Of a stretch of DNA of 64,000 nucleotides, positions 19,596 to 30,428 are shown one piece after another. Location: positions 395,634 to 459,633 of the forward strand of contig CAWAPY010000014.1 of the NCBI GenBank assembly GCA_963784055.1, written 5' to 3'. The translations under genes were made by a program, and so were the position numbers. The notes under the pieces were generated by a model. It saw nothing but the letters and a program-made list of their open reading frames with translations, did no database searches and was not told the DNA's origin. Position 1 is the stretch's first letter. Each line of letters begins with the position of its first letter. The stretch comes from an uncultured Actinomycetota bacterium. GTDB taxonomy: Bacteria; Actinomycetota; UBA4738; HRBIN12.

Positions 19596-21263
19596 ATGAG
19601 TGAGACCGAGACCACCACCGAGAGCGGCCCCGACACAGCCGTCGAGACCTCAGAGCAGATCGTCGACGAGGCAGCGGCCAGCCGGACCGCACCGCGACGA
19701 GCCGACAGCGCGACCCCCGAGACCGACACCGAGCCGACCGGCGAGATCGACCCCGAGCCTGCGGCGCCGACGAACGAGGCACCCCTCGTCGCCACGCTCG
19801 AGCCGGAGGGCGACGACTACACGCCCGAGGAGCTCGTCCGCGCGATGGAGGCGTCGCTCCGGGACTTCAAGGACGGCGACATCATGGAGGGCGTGGTCGT
19901 GAAGATCGACCGCGACGAGATCCTCCTCGACATCGGCTACAAGTCCGAGGGCGTGATCCCGTCCAAGGAGCTGTCGATCCGCCACGACGTCGATCCGAAC
20001 GAGGTCGTCAAGGTCGGGGACCGGATCGAGGCCCTCGTCCTGCAGAAGGAGGACAAGGAGGGCCGCCTGATCCTGTCGAAGAAGCGCGCGCAGTACGAGC
20101 GCGCCTGGGGCCGGATCGAGGAGACGATGGCGTCGGGCCAGACGATCAAGGGACCCGTGATCGAGGTCGTCAAGGGCGGCCTGATCCTGGACATCGGCCT
20201 CCGCGGGTTCCTGCCCGCCTCGCTGGTCGACCTCCGGCGGGTGCGCGACCTCCAGCCGTACATCGGCACCGAGCTCGAGTGCAAGATCATCGAGCTCGAC
20301 CGCAACCGGAACAACGTCGTGCTGTCCCGGCGCGCCTTCCTGGAGGAGTCGCAGTCCGAGGGCCGCAAGAAGTTCCTCGAGAACCTGGAGAAGGGCGAGC
20401 GCCGCAAGGGGACCGTCTCCTCGATCGTGAACTTCGGCGCGTTCGTCGACCTCGGCGGCGTGGACGGGTTGGTCCACGTGTCCGAGCTCTCCTGGAAGCA
20501 CGTCGACCACCCGAGCGAGGTCGTCACGGTCGGCCAGGAGGTCGAGGTCCAGGTGCTGGACGTCGAGCTCGACCGCGAGCGCGTCTCGCTCTCGCTCAAG
20601 GCGACGCAGGAGGACCCCTGGAAGGAGTTCGAGCGGCTGCACAAGGCGGGCGAGGTGATCGCCGGTCAGGTGACGAAGCTCGTGCCGTTCGGCGCGTTCG
20701 TCCGGGTCGCCCAGGGCATCGAAGGATTGGTCCACATCTCGGAGCTCTCCCACGAGCACGTCGACACGCCGGAGTCGGTGCTGTCGGTCGGCGACGAGGT
20801 CCAGGTGAAGGTCGTCGACGTCGACGTGTCGCGCCGGCGCGTGAGCCTGTCGATGCGACAGGTCACGCCCGCTCCGGCCAAGACCACGGAGATCGAGGTC
20901 GAGCCCGAGCAGCCCGAGCGCGCTCCCGCCGAGCCCGCTCGTCCAGACGGTCCAGATCCCGCAGGCGGTGCTCGACGCCGTCGCGGTGGCCGAAGCGGAG
21001 ACGGACGAGCCGGCGGCGACGGCGGCAGCCGGCGGTGGAGCCGGCGGTCGGTCGAGCCCGACGGCGGAGCCGGAACCCGCACCGGAGCCTGAGCGGCCGA
21101 GGCCGTGCCCGAACGGAGCAGCCGGAAACCGCAGCCGGCGCCCGACGTGGCCGCGGAACCGCCCGCGGCGGAGGGTGCCGCCGAGGAGCCCGCATCGGAC
21201 GAAGAGGTCTCGCTCGAGGCGATCCTCGAGGACCTGAAGCGACGCGAGGGGAGATCCGAGTAG
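19596..21263 (+). CDS. rpsA: 30S ribosomal protein S1 (two compensating frame changes in the acidic C-terminal tail, ~20950 and ~21090)
   Basis: The ATG at 19596 is preceded by AAGGAG. Four S1 repeats are present (GDIMEGVVVKIDRDEILLDIGYKSEGVIP, GPVIEVVKGGLILDIGLRGFLPAS, GTVSSIVNFGAFVDLGGVDGLVHVSELS, GQVTKLVPFGAFVRVAQGIEGLVHISELS). The sensible tail (...EEPASDEEVSLEAILEDLKRREGRSE) ends at the TAG 21261-21263. Confidence 0.9.
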
Positions 21264-21273
21264 GGGCGGGATC

Positions 21274-21877
21274 GTGCTCCTGGTCGGCCTGACGGGCGGG
21301 ATCGGATCCGGCAAGTCCACCGTGGCTCGCCTCCTCGAGCGGCGGGGGGCCATCGTGATCGATGCGGACCACCTCGCGCGCGAGGCCGTGGCGCGCGGGA
21401 CGACCGGGTTCGATCGCGTCGTCGACACGTTCGGTCCGGGAGTCCTGGCACCCGATGGCGATCTCGACCGGGCACGGCTGGCCGCGATCATCTTCTCCGA
21501 TCCCGAGCGGCGCGCCGCTCTCGAGGCGATCGTCCACCCCGAGGTCGCGCGGCGGTTCGGCGAGCGGGTCGAGGAGCTCCGCGACAGCGGCGAGCGTGGT
21601 CGTCTACGTCAGCCCGCTCCTCGTGGAGCTGGGACTCGCGCCCGCCTTCGACGTGGTGGTCGTCGTCACGGCGTCGCCCCACCTCCGGGTCTCGCGGGTG
21701 GCGTCGGACCGCGACCTCTCGCCCGAGGACGTGCGCGGTCGGATGGCCGCCCAGGCGACCGACGAGCAGCGCATGGAGGTGGCGGACGTCCTCGTGGACA
21801 ACGACGGGTCGCTCGCGGAGCTGGAGCCGCAGATCGACCGGCTGTGGAGCGACCTCGAGGCCCGCGCCCGCGCGTGA
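21274..21877 (+). CDS. coaE: dephospho-CoA kinase (one apparent frameshift ~21590)
   Basis: GTG start with VLLVGLTGGIGSGKSTVARLL (P-loop) and IVIDADHLAREAV. The C-terminal half reads in the 21362 frame (VVVYVSPLLVELGL...VVVVVTASPHLRVSRV...). Confidence 0.85.
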
Positions 21878-21908
21878 AGCCCGAGGATCGAAGGCCTATC
21901 CTCAGGGC

Positions 21909-22618
21909 ATGCGGTTCCGCGCCGTCTTCTTCGACGTCGGTGAGACCCTCGTACACGTCGATCCCTCCTTCGCCGACCTCTTCGTGACCGTGCTCGCCGA
22001 CGCGGGCCACGAGCGATCCGTGGACGACGTTCGGGAGGCATCGGATGCACGTCTACGCACGGTTCTCCGAAGCGGCGCGGGACGGCTCGATGTGGACGAC
22101 GTCGCCGGAGCGCTCCCGCGCGTTCTGGACCTCGGTGTACGAGCGGATGCTCGACGAGCTCGGGGTCGCCGACGGCGACGGTCTCGCGACCTCGCTGCAC
22201 GGCGAGTTCACCCGCATGGAGAACTACGTCCTGTTCGACGACGTGCTCCCGACGCTGGCGACGCTCCGCCGAGACCGGGGTGCTCCTCGGCGTGGTGTCG
22301 AACTTCGAGGCATGGCTCGAGGACTGGTTCGGCGTGCACGAGCTCATCGAGCTGTTCCCGGTCCGGGTCATCTCCGGGATCGAAGGCGATCGAGAAGCCG
22401 GACGAGCGGATCTTCCGGCTCGCGCTGCGACCGGGCGTCCGTGTCGGCGGAGGAGTCCGCCTACGTCGGCGACAACCCCGAGTTCGACGTCGACCCGCCG
22501 GCGGCGCTCGGCATGTTCCCCGTCCTCGTCGACCGCCGGGGACGGTTCCCCGATCACGCGGGCGCGCGCATCACGCGATCTCCGCGAGCTCCCCGCCATC
22601 ATCGGAGCGACGCCGTGA
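21909..22618 (+). pseudogene. HAD-superfamily hydrolase (at least 3 frame changes as assembled)
   Basis: MRFRAVFFDVGETLV is HAD motif I (DxG/DxT-type). Later pieces lie in other frames: LFDDVLPTLATLR, LLGVVSNFEAW, ISGIEG..EKPDERIFRLAL and AYVGDNPEFDV. Confidence 0.7.
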
Positions 22619-23026
22619 CCGAAGAGCGGTTCTTCTCGATCGACGACGCCGACGCCGAGCTGGACGAGCTCCGGGTCCGCCTCCCGCGGCTGCGGGAGGC
22701 TCGCCAGCGGCTCATCGACACCGAGCGAACGCATCACCTCGGCCGTCGAGATCGATGGCGGGGGGGTCGAGGGCAGCGACTGGTTCCGATCGCAGGAGAC
22801 CCTGAAGCGGGAGCTCCTGTGGCTCGCGGACCGAGGCATCCTCCTGCGGGATCCCGACACCGGACTCGTGGACTTCCCGGCCGAGCGGGACGGGGAGCGC
22901 GTGTTCCTGTGCTGGCGGCTCGGGGAAGAACGCGTCGGCTGGTACCACTCCGAACGGTCCGGGATTCTCGAGCAGGAAGCCGCTTTGACCGAGGGAGTGC
23001 TCCTGCGCAGATGGCCGAGCGGGTGA
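22615..23026 (+). CDS. DUF2203-family protein (one apparent frameshift ~22735)
   Basis: The GTG overlaps the previous stop (GTGA). It carries FFSIDDADAELDELRVRLPRLREARQRL and, in a second frame, GILLRDPDTGLVDFPAERDGERVFLCWRLGEERVGWYH, the characteristic core of this family. The 3' end is approximate. Confidence 0.55.
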
Positions 23027-23922
23027 TCGACGTCGCGGGGTCTCCGCAAGTCCTACGGCGACGTCGTAGCGGTCGCTGGCGTCGACCTCCACGTCGACCG
23101 CGGGCGAGGTGTTCGCCCTCCTCGGCCCGAACGGGGCGGGCAAGACCACCACGACCGAGATCCTGGAGGGGTTCCGGGGGAGGGATGACGGCGAGGTGTC
23201 GGTGCTCGGCCACGATCCCGCACGCGGCGAGCGGGAGCTGAAACGGCGGGTCGGCATCGTCCTGCAGTCAACCGGCGTCGACCCGTTCCTCACGGTGCGG
23301 GAGACGATCGACCAGTACGGCGCGTTCTACCCCGCACCCTCGTCCGACGGAGGAGGTCATCGAGGTCGTCGGGCTGCGCGAGAAGCGCGACTCGCGGGTG
23401 AACAAGCTCTCGGGAGGCCAGCAACGCCGGCTGGACGTCGCGATCGCCCTGGCCGGCGACCCGGAGCTGCTGTTCCTCGACGAACCCACGACCGGGTTCG
23501 ACCCGAGCGCTCGTCGCAACGCCTGGCAGCTCCTGCGGAACCTCACGTCGCTCGGGAAGACGATCTGGCTGACCACGCACTTCATGGACGAGGCCCAGTA
23601 CCTCGCGCAACGCGTCGCGGTGATCAAGGGCGGCGAGATCGTCGCCGAGGGCCCTCCCGACTCGCTCGGCGGCAGAGCGGCGATGAAGACGAGGATCGGG
23701 TTCCGACTGCCCGCGGGCACCACGGACGCGCCCGGCCTCGGAGAGTCGCCACGTCCCGACGGTTCCTTCGAGATCTCCGCCGACGACGCCACCCGCACGA
23801 CCCATGAGCTCACGGGGTGGGCGCTCGAACGCGGGCTCTCGTTCGAGAGCCTCGAGGTCACGAGACCGTCTCTGGAGGACGTCTACCTCGAACTGACCGG
23901 TGGCGAGGAGGGCGCCGAGTGA
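23011..23922 (+). pseudogene. ABC-2-type exporter ATP-binding protein (DrrA-like; at least 2 frame changes)
   Basis: The pieces are MAERVIDV.., GEVFALLGPNGAGKTTTTEILEG (Walker A), and LSGGQQRRLDVAIALAGDPELLFLDEPTTGFDP with a C-terminal accessory domain in the 23398..23922 frame. Confidence 0.8.
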
Positions 23923-24696
23923 GCGACGTCGGACTGCTCCTGCGACAGGTGGTCGTACACGAACAGGACGTTCTGGCGGAATCCCGCGTCGGCGTTCTTC
24001 ACGTTCGTCTTCCCGCTGCTGTTCCTGGTGATCTTCACCACGCTCCTCGGGAACGACGAGGATCGACATCGGTGCCGCCGTGATCAGGATCAGCACGTAC
24101 TACGTCGGCAGCTGAAGGCGCGTTCGGCCTGATCTCCGCCTGCTTCACGAACATCGCCCTCCAGATCGTGTTCGCCCGCGACGGAGGGGTGCTGAAGCGG
24201 CTCCGCGGCACGCCCCTCCCACCATCGGTGTTCCTGAGTGCTCGGGTGATCCACGCGACACTCATCGGGTTCATCCTCGTTGCGATCACGGTCGTCGTTC
24301 GGCGCCGTCTTCTACGACGCGTCCGTGCCGACCGGCGTTGCGCTCGGGCAGTTCGTCGCGACGCTGCTCGTGGGCGCCGCGTGCTTCTCGGCCCTGGGGT
24401 TGGCGGTGTCCGGCATGATCCCCAACGCGGACGCCGGTCCGCCGATCGTCAACGCCGTCATCCTGCCGTTGCTGTTCCTGTCGGGCGTCTTCATCCCGCT
24501 CGGCGACGACACGCCCCGATGGGTCGTGGTCGTGGGCGACATCTTCCCCGTCCGTCACCTCGTCGACGCGATGCGCGAGTCCTACCTGGGTCTCACCGAT
24601 CCTTCGCGTGGAGCGATCTGGGAGTGATGGCGATCTGGGCGGTGGTCGGCGTCGTCGTCGCCGCGCGGACGTTCAGGTGGGAACCGCGCGCGTTAG
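23919..24696 (+). pseudogene. ABC-2-type exporter permease (at least 4 frame changes; 3' end uncertain)
   Basis: The GTG overlaps the ATPase stop (GTGA). Fragments lie in several frames: RNPASAFFTFVFPLLFLVIFTTLLG, FARDGGVLKRLRGTPLPPSVFL, LLVGAACFSALGLAVSGMIPNADAGPPIVNAVILPLLFLSGVFIPL and IFPVRHLVDAMR. Confidence 0.6.
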
Positions 24697-24743
24697 AGGG
24701 CTGTGCTAGGCTCCGCGCCTCCACGGGACGAGGGGTGGCTCCG

Positions 24744-25658
24744 ATGCGGAAATGGCTCTTGGCGACGGCGGCGATGGCGTTGTTGGCGGGTGCGTGCTCG
24801 GCGGAGACGCCGCCGGCACCGACGGCGAGTCCCACGGAGTCGCCCTCGGAGGAGATCACGGCCGCGGCCTGCGCGGAGTCGCACGCATCCGACTTCTTCC
24901 AGGAGGGCACCCTGACGGTGGGTACCGACGTCCCGGCGTTCCAGCCGTGGGTCGCGGGAACCGGTGAGGATGGCGCCTGGGAAGGCGTGCCCAACGAGGG
25001 GACCGGCAATCCCGACAGCGGCGAGGGCTACGAGTCGGCCGTCGCCTACGCGATCGCGGAAGAGCTCGGGTTCAGCGAGGACCAGGTGACCTGGACCGTC
25101 GTGCCGTTCAACAACTCGTACGCGCCGGGCCCCAAGGAGTTCGACTTCGACATCAACCAGGTGTCCGTCACGCCCGAGCGGGAAGGCGGCGCCACGTTCA
25201 GCACCGGCTACTACGACGTGAGCCAGGCGCTGGTGGCGAACAAGGGCACGCCGATCGCGGACGCGACGACGATCGACGACCTCAAGCAGTACCAGCTCGG
25301 CGTCCAGATCGGGACGACGAGTCTCGAGCTGATCACCGAGGTGATCGCGCCCGACGCGCAGCCCCGCGTGTTCGACCGCTCCGTGGACGTGATCCAGGCC
25401 TTGAACAACGGACAGATCGACGGCTACGTCGTGGATGCCCCGACCGCCTACGTGAACGTCTTGATCGGGCAGGCGAAGAACGGCGTCGTGGTCGGCCAGT
25501 TCCCTTCGCAGGGAGAGCATTTCGGTCTGGTCTTCGAGAAGGACAACCCGCTCGTGGAGTGCGTCGACCTCGCGATCGCCGCGCTCGAGGCCGACGGCAC
25601 GCTGCAGAGCCTGCAGGACGAGTGGCTGGCGGACCTCACCTACCCCGTCCTGCAATAG
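24744..25658 (+). CDS. polar amino-acid ABC transporter substrate-binding lipoprotein
   Basis: The signal is MRKWLLATAAMALLAGACS (lipobox). The family-3 body carries LTVGTDVPAFQPW, YESAVAYAIAEELG and FDFDINQVSVTPER. It is intact from the ATG at 24744. Confidence 0.85.
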   Translation: MRKWLLATAAMALLAGACSAETPPAPTASPTESPSEEITAAACAESHASDFFQEGTLTVGTDVPAFQPWVAGTGEDGAWEGVPNEGTGNPDSGEGYESAVAYAIAEELGFSEDQVTWTVVPFNNSYAPGPKEFDFDINQVSVTPEREGGATFSTGYYDVSQALVANKGTPIADATTIDDLKQYQLGVQIGTTSLELITEVIAPDAQPRVFDRSVDVIQALNNGQIDGYVVDAPTAYVNVLIGQAKNGVVVGQFPSQGEHFGLVFEKDNPLVECVDLAIAALEADGTLQSLQDEWLADLTYPVLQ

Positions 25659-25683
25659 GGACAAGGGCGAGGCGAGGCGGCCC

Positions 25684-26579
25684 GTGAGCACCACGCCGCC
25701 CGGCGCCCCGGTGGTCCCGGACCCTTTGCCGGTCCGGGACGGGCGCTCACGGATCCTCGGGGGCGGCACACGGGTGGAGGGTCGGCGAGCCGTCGCCGTC
25801 GCGCTCACGAGCACGGCGATCTTCGTCGCGATCGTCGTCGTCGTGGCCGTCAGCTCCCCGGGCTGGGACGGAGTTCCGCTTCAAGTTCCTCAACATGGAG
25901 GAGCTGCTGGATTCCCTTCCCGAGGTCGGCCGGGCATTCCTCGTGAACGTCCAGCTCTTCCTGATCGCGGAGGTCCTGGTCCTGGTCCTCGCCCTCGTCG
26001 TCGCGGTCCTCCGGAGCCTCCCCGGGCCCGTGTTCTTCCCGATCCGGCTGCTCGCCGCGATCTACACCGACCTCTTCCGTGGCATCCCGACCGTCCTGGT
26101 GATCTACGCGCTCGGGCTCGGGAGCGCCCGCCCTGCAGATCCAGGGCATCCCGAAGTCGCCGTTCTTCTGGGCCGTCGTGGCCCTCGTCCTCGTGTACTC
26201 GGCGTACGTCGCGGAGGTCTATCGAGCCGGGATCGAGTCGGTGCACGAGAGCCAGGTCGCCGCGGCACGCTCGCTCGGGCTCACCCGGTGGCAGTCGCAC
26301 GCGGTACGTGGTGCTCCCGCAGGCCGTCCGACGCATCGATCCCGCCGCTCCTGAACGACTTCCTGGGCCTGCAGAAGGACACGGCGCTCGTCGCGTTGAT
26401 CGGCGTGATCGAGGCGTTCCGGCAGGCGCAGATCGACAGCTCGGCGACGTTCAACTTCACGCCGTTCCTCGCGACCGCGCTTCTACTTCGTCCTGATCAC
26501 GATCCCGCTCGCGCGGCTCGATCGACTGGCTCGATCGCAGCGGGACCGGCGGCGCCGGCAGGCGGGGAGCGTCGCGTGA
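25684..26579 (+). pseudogene. polar amino-acid ABC transporter permease (at least 4 frame changes)
   Basis: Fragments lie in three frames: VNVQLFLIAEVLVLVLALVVAVLRSL, LLAAIYTDLFRGIPTVLVIYALGLG, VALVLVYSAYVAEVYRAGIESVHESQVAAARSLGLT and LNDFLGLQKDTALVALIGVIE. The end is placed at the TGA overlapping the next GTG. Confidence 0.75.
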
Positions 26580-27327
26580 CCGAGGCCGTCCGCGTCGAGG
26601 GGCTGCACAAGTCGTTCGGGGACCTCGAGGTCCTCCGGGGGATCGACCTGCGCGGTCGAGGACCACGAGGTCGTCGTGCCTGATCGGCGCCAGCGGGTCG
26701 GGGAAGTCGACGCTCCTGCGCTGCCTCGATCTGCTGGAGCCGATCGACCGAGGCCGCATCTGGCTCGAGGGCGCGGAGATCACCGCTGCCGGGCGCGACG
26801 CGGAACGCGGTCCGTCGGCGGATCGGCGATCGTGTTCCAGTCCTTCAACCTCTTCCCACACATGACGTGTGCTCCGCAACGTCACGCTCGCCCCGGAGAA
26901 GGTGCTCGGGCTGGACGAGGACGGCGCGCGCGACCTGGCGCTGGAGCTGCTGGGCCGGTTCGGTCTGGCGGACAAGCGCGACGACTATCCGGATCGGCTC
27001 TCCGGCGGACAGCAGCAGCGGGTGGCGATCGTGCGGGCGCTCGCGATGGGGCCCGACCTCCTGCTCCTCGACGAGGTCACGAGCGCGCTCGACCCCGTCC
27101 TCGTCGCCGAGGTGCTCGACGCGATCCGCGAGCTGGCCGCCGGCGGGATGACGATGGTGATCGCCACCCACGAGATGGGGTTCGCGCGGGACGTGGCGAA
27201 CCGGGTCGCGTTCCTCGACCACGGTCGGATCCTGGAGCAGGGCCCGCCGGAGCAGATGTTCTCGGAGCCGCGCGAGGAGGCCACCCGCCGGTTCCTCGAC
27301 CGGATCATCGCCGCCGGCCGCATGTAG
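26576..27327 (+). pseudogene. polar amino-acid ABC transporter ATP-binding protein (at least 3 frame changes)
   Basis: The pieces are [43 protein letters not shown] (a second frame), [13 protein letters not shown], and [33 protein letters not shown] in the 26869..27327 frame. Confidence 0.8.
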
Positions 27328-27378
27328 GGACACCGGGTCCGCAGCCGTGTCGCCGGACGGCCCTAGACTGGCTGACCC

Positions 27379-29403
27379 ATGCCGCCGTTCAAGATCACGT
27401 CCGAGTTCCGTCCGTCCGGCGATCAGCCGGAGGCGATCGAGCAGCTCGTCGAAGGGGTGCACGCGGGTCAGGAGCACGTGACCCTGCTGGGGGCCACCGG
27501 CACCGGGAAGACGTTCACGGTCGCCCACCTCGTCGAGCGGGTCCAACGGCCGACGCTCGTGATCGCGCCCAACAAGTCGCTGGCGGCGCAGCTGGCGAAC
27601 GAGTTCCGCGAGGTCTTCCCCGAGAACGCCGTCGAGTACTTCGTCAGCTACTACGACTACTACCAGCCCGAGGCCTACGTCCCGCAAACCGACACCTACA
27701 TCGAGAAGGACTCGTCGGTGAACGACGAGATCGAGCGGCTCCGGCACTCGGCGACCGCCGCGCTGCTCTCCCGGCGTGACGTCCTGATCGTGGCCAGCGT
27801 CTCGTGCATCTACGGCCTCGGATCCCCGGAGCAGTACGAAGGACAGCTCCTCCGAACGGTCCGCGGGACGGACCTCCCCATGGAGTTCGCGATGCAGCGG
27901 CTCGTCGACATCCAGTACCAGCGGAACAACGTGAGCCGCGCCCGGGGGACGTTCCGCGTCCAGGGCGACACCCTCGAGGTGTTCCCGAGCTACGAGCAGG
28001 TCGGGTACCGGATCGAGTGGTGGGGCGAGACGATCGAGCGGATCAGCCGGTTCGACCCACTCACGGGGGAGCTCCTCACCGACACGATCAGCGACCTCAC
28101 CACGTTCCCGGCTTCCCACTACGTCGCGAGCGACGAGCGGATGGAACGCGCCCTCGTCACGATCGAGGAGGAGCTGCACGAGCGTCTCGCCGAGCTCGAG
28201 TCCCAGAGCAAGCTGCTCGAGGCGGAGCGGCTCCGGATGCGCACCACGTACGACCTCGAGATGCTCCGGGAGGTCGGCTTCTGCTCGGGGATCGAGAACT
28301 ACTCGCGCCACATCGACGGTCGCGAGGCCGGGAGCGCGCCGTACACGCTCCTCGACTACTTCCCGGACGACTACCTCGTCGTGATCGATGAGTCGCACGT
28401 GACGGTGCCGCAGCTCCACGGGATGTACGAGGGCGACATCTCGCGGAAGTCCACGCTCGTCGATTTCGGGTTCCGGCTGCCGAGCGCGATCGACAACCGC
28501 CCGCTCCGCTTCGAGGAGTTCCAGGAGCGGGTGCAGCAGATCGTGTACATGTCCGCGACGCCCGGGCCGTGGGAGCTGAAGGTGTCCGACCGGATCGTGG
28601 AGCAGATCGTGCGCCCCACCGGACTGATCGACCCGGAGGTCGAGATCCGCCCCACGAAGGGTCAGGTCGACGACCTGATCGAGGAGATCCGCCACCGTGC
28701 GGAGGCGGAGCAGCGGGTGTTGGTGACGACGCTCACGAAGAAGATGGCGGAAGACCTCACGGACTACCTGATCGAGATGGGGATCCGCGTGCGGTACCTC
28801 CACTCCGAGGTCGACACCATCCAGCGGATCGAGATCATCCGCGACCTCCGGCTGGGGGAGTTCGACGTTCTCGTGGGGATCAACCTGCTCCGCGAAGGGC
28901 TCGACCTCCCCGAGGTGTCCCTGGTGGCGATCCTCGATGCCGACAAGGAAGGCTTCCTGCGCTCGGACACGTCGCTGATCCAGACGATCGGCCGGGCCGC
29001 GCGCAACGTCGACGGCAAGGTCCTGATGTACGCGGACGCCGTCACCGACTCGATGAAGACGGCGATCAGCGAGACCCAGCGCCGGCGGATGATCCAGGAT
29101 GCCTACAACACGGAGCACGGCATCGATCCGACGACGATCCGGAGGCGCGTGCACGACATCCTGCTCTCGATCTCCGAAGACCCGGCCAAGCGCGCCACCT
29201 CCCCGCGGAAGGAACGGCGACAGCGGGTGGCCCGCCCCGAGATGCCGCAGGAGGAGGTCGAGCGCCTCCTGCTGGAGCTCGAAGAGGAGATGCACCAAGC
29301 GGCGAAGGACCTGCGCTTCGAGTACGCCGCTCGGCTGCGCGACGAGGTGGTCGACCTCCGCAAGGAGCTCAAGGCCCTCCGCGCGGCCGGGGTCGGCGCG
29401 TGA
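27379..29403 (+). CDS. uvrB: excinuclease ABC subunit B
   Basis: Intact 674-aa ORF. It carries [63 protein letters not shown] and a C-terminal UVR motif ([11 protein letters not shown]). Confidence 0.97.
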   Translation: MPPFKITSEFRPSGDQPEAIEQLVEGVHAGQEHVTLLGATGTGKTFTVAHLVERVQRPTLVIAPNKSLAAQLANEFREVFPENAVEYFVSYYDYYQPEAYVPQTDTYIEKDSSVNDEIERLRHSATAALLSRRDVLIVASVSCIYGLGSPEQYEGQLLRTVRGTDLPMEFAMQRLVDIQYQRNNVSRARGTFRVQGDTLEVFPSYEQVGYRIEWWGETIERISRFDPLTGELLTDTISDLTTFPASHYVASDERMERALVTIEEELHERLAELESQSKLLEAERLRMRTTYDLEMLREVGFCSGIENYSRHIDGREAGSAPYTLLDYFPDDYLVVIDESHVTVPQLHGMYEGDISRKSTLVDFGFRLPSAIDNRPLRFEEFQERVQQIVYMSATPGPWELKVSDRIVEQIVRPTGLIDPEVEIRPTKGQVDDLIEEIRHRAEAEQRVLVTTLTKKMAEDLTDYLIEMGIRVRYLHSEVDTIQRIEIIRDLRLGEFDVLVGINLLREGLDLPEVSLVAILDADKEGFLRSDTSLIQTIGRAARNVDGKVLMYADAVTDSMKTAISETQRRRMIQDAYNTEHGIDPTTIRRRVHDILLSISEDPAKRATSPRKERRQRVARPEMPQEEVERLLLELEEEMHQAAKDLRFEYAARLRDEVVDLRKELKALRAAGVGA

Positions 29404-30428
29404 GCCTCCTCTCCGTCCGCGCTCCCGCCGCGTGGCTGGGGCCGGGCGGCTTCCTGGAAGACGCCCGGATCGTCTGCGAGGGAGGCCGTGTCACGTACGC
29501 GGGTGCGGCCACCGGGGTCGACGCGGCCGACCGGGAGATCGCTGTTGAGGGCTTCGTGATGCCCGCGGTGGCGGATCGTCACGTCCACATCGAGCTCTCG
29601 GACCCGGCGGCGGTGCTCGCCGGCGGTGTCACCGCGGTCCGCGACCTCGCGTGGCCGGTGGAGCGCATCTTCTCGCTCGCCGACGCATCGGAGATGCCGT
29701 CCTTCGACGGCCCGTTGATCAAGGCCGCCGGGCCGATGCTCACCGGCCCGGGCGGGTACCCCACCCAGGACTCGTGGGCGCCGCCGGGAACCGGACGCGA
29801 GATCAAGGGCACCGACGACGCCACGGCGGCCGTCGAGGAGCTCGCGCGGCTCGGGGCCGCCGCGATCAAGGTGGCGCTGAACACGGACGCCGGCCCCACG
29901 CCCACGGACGGAGAGCTGTCGGCGATCTGCGACGCCGCCCATGCCGCCGACCTCCCGGTCACCGCGCACGCGCAGGGGAAAGGACAGGTGGAGCGCGCGC
30001 TCGGCGCGGGGGTTGATGAGCTCGCCCACACGCCGTGGACCCGGTTGTCGGACCAGGTGATCGGATCCGCGGCGGCGCAGATGCGGATCGTCTCCACCCT
30101 CGACATCTCGAGCTTCGGCCGCGACACGCCCGAGATCCGCACGGCGCTCGATAACCTCCGCCGCTTCCACGTCGCCGGCGGAACGATCGTCTACGGAACG
30201 GACCTCGGGAACGGCTCGATCCCACCGGGGATCCACACGCGGGAGGCGTTGCTCATGGTGGAGGCCGGCTTGGAGCCGGAGGAGGTCCTCGAGGCGATGA
30301 TCCGGGCGCCGCTCGCGCCCGACGCCCCTGCGGACCTCATCGCCCTGCGCCAGAGCCCGCTCGAGGATCTCCGAGCGCTCGACGATGTGGTGCTCGTGAT
30401 CCGCGCCGGGCGGGTCGTCGCACGCTAG
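29400..30428 (+). CDS. metal-dependent amidohydrolase-family protein
   Basis: The GTG overlaps the uvrB stop (GTGA). It carries [12 protein letters not shown] (the HxH metal motif), [14 protein letters not shown] and VYGTDLG. The substrate is unknown. Confidence 0.7.
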   Translation: MSLLSVRAPAAWLGPGGFLEDARIVCEGGRVTYAGAATGVDAADREIAVEGFVMPAVADRHVHIELSDPAAVLAGGVTAVRDLAWPVERIFSLADASEMPSFDGPLIKAAGPMLTGPGGYPTQDSWAPPGTGREIKGTDDATAAVEELARLGAAAIKVALNTDAGPTPTDGELSAICDAAHAADLPVTAHAQGKGQVERALGAGVDELAHTPWTRLSDQVIGSAAAQMRIVSTLDISSFGRDTPEIRTALDNLRRFHVAGGTIVYGTDLGNGSIPPGIHTREALLMVEAGLEPEEVLEAMIRAPLAPDAPADLIALRQSPLEDLRALDDVVLVIRAGRVVAR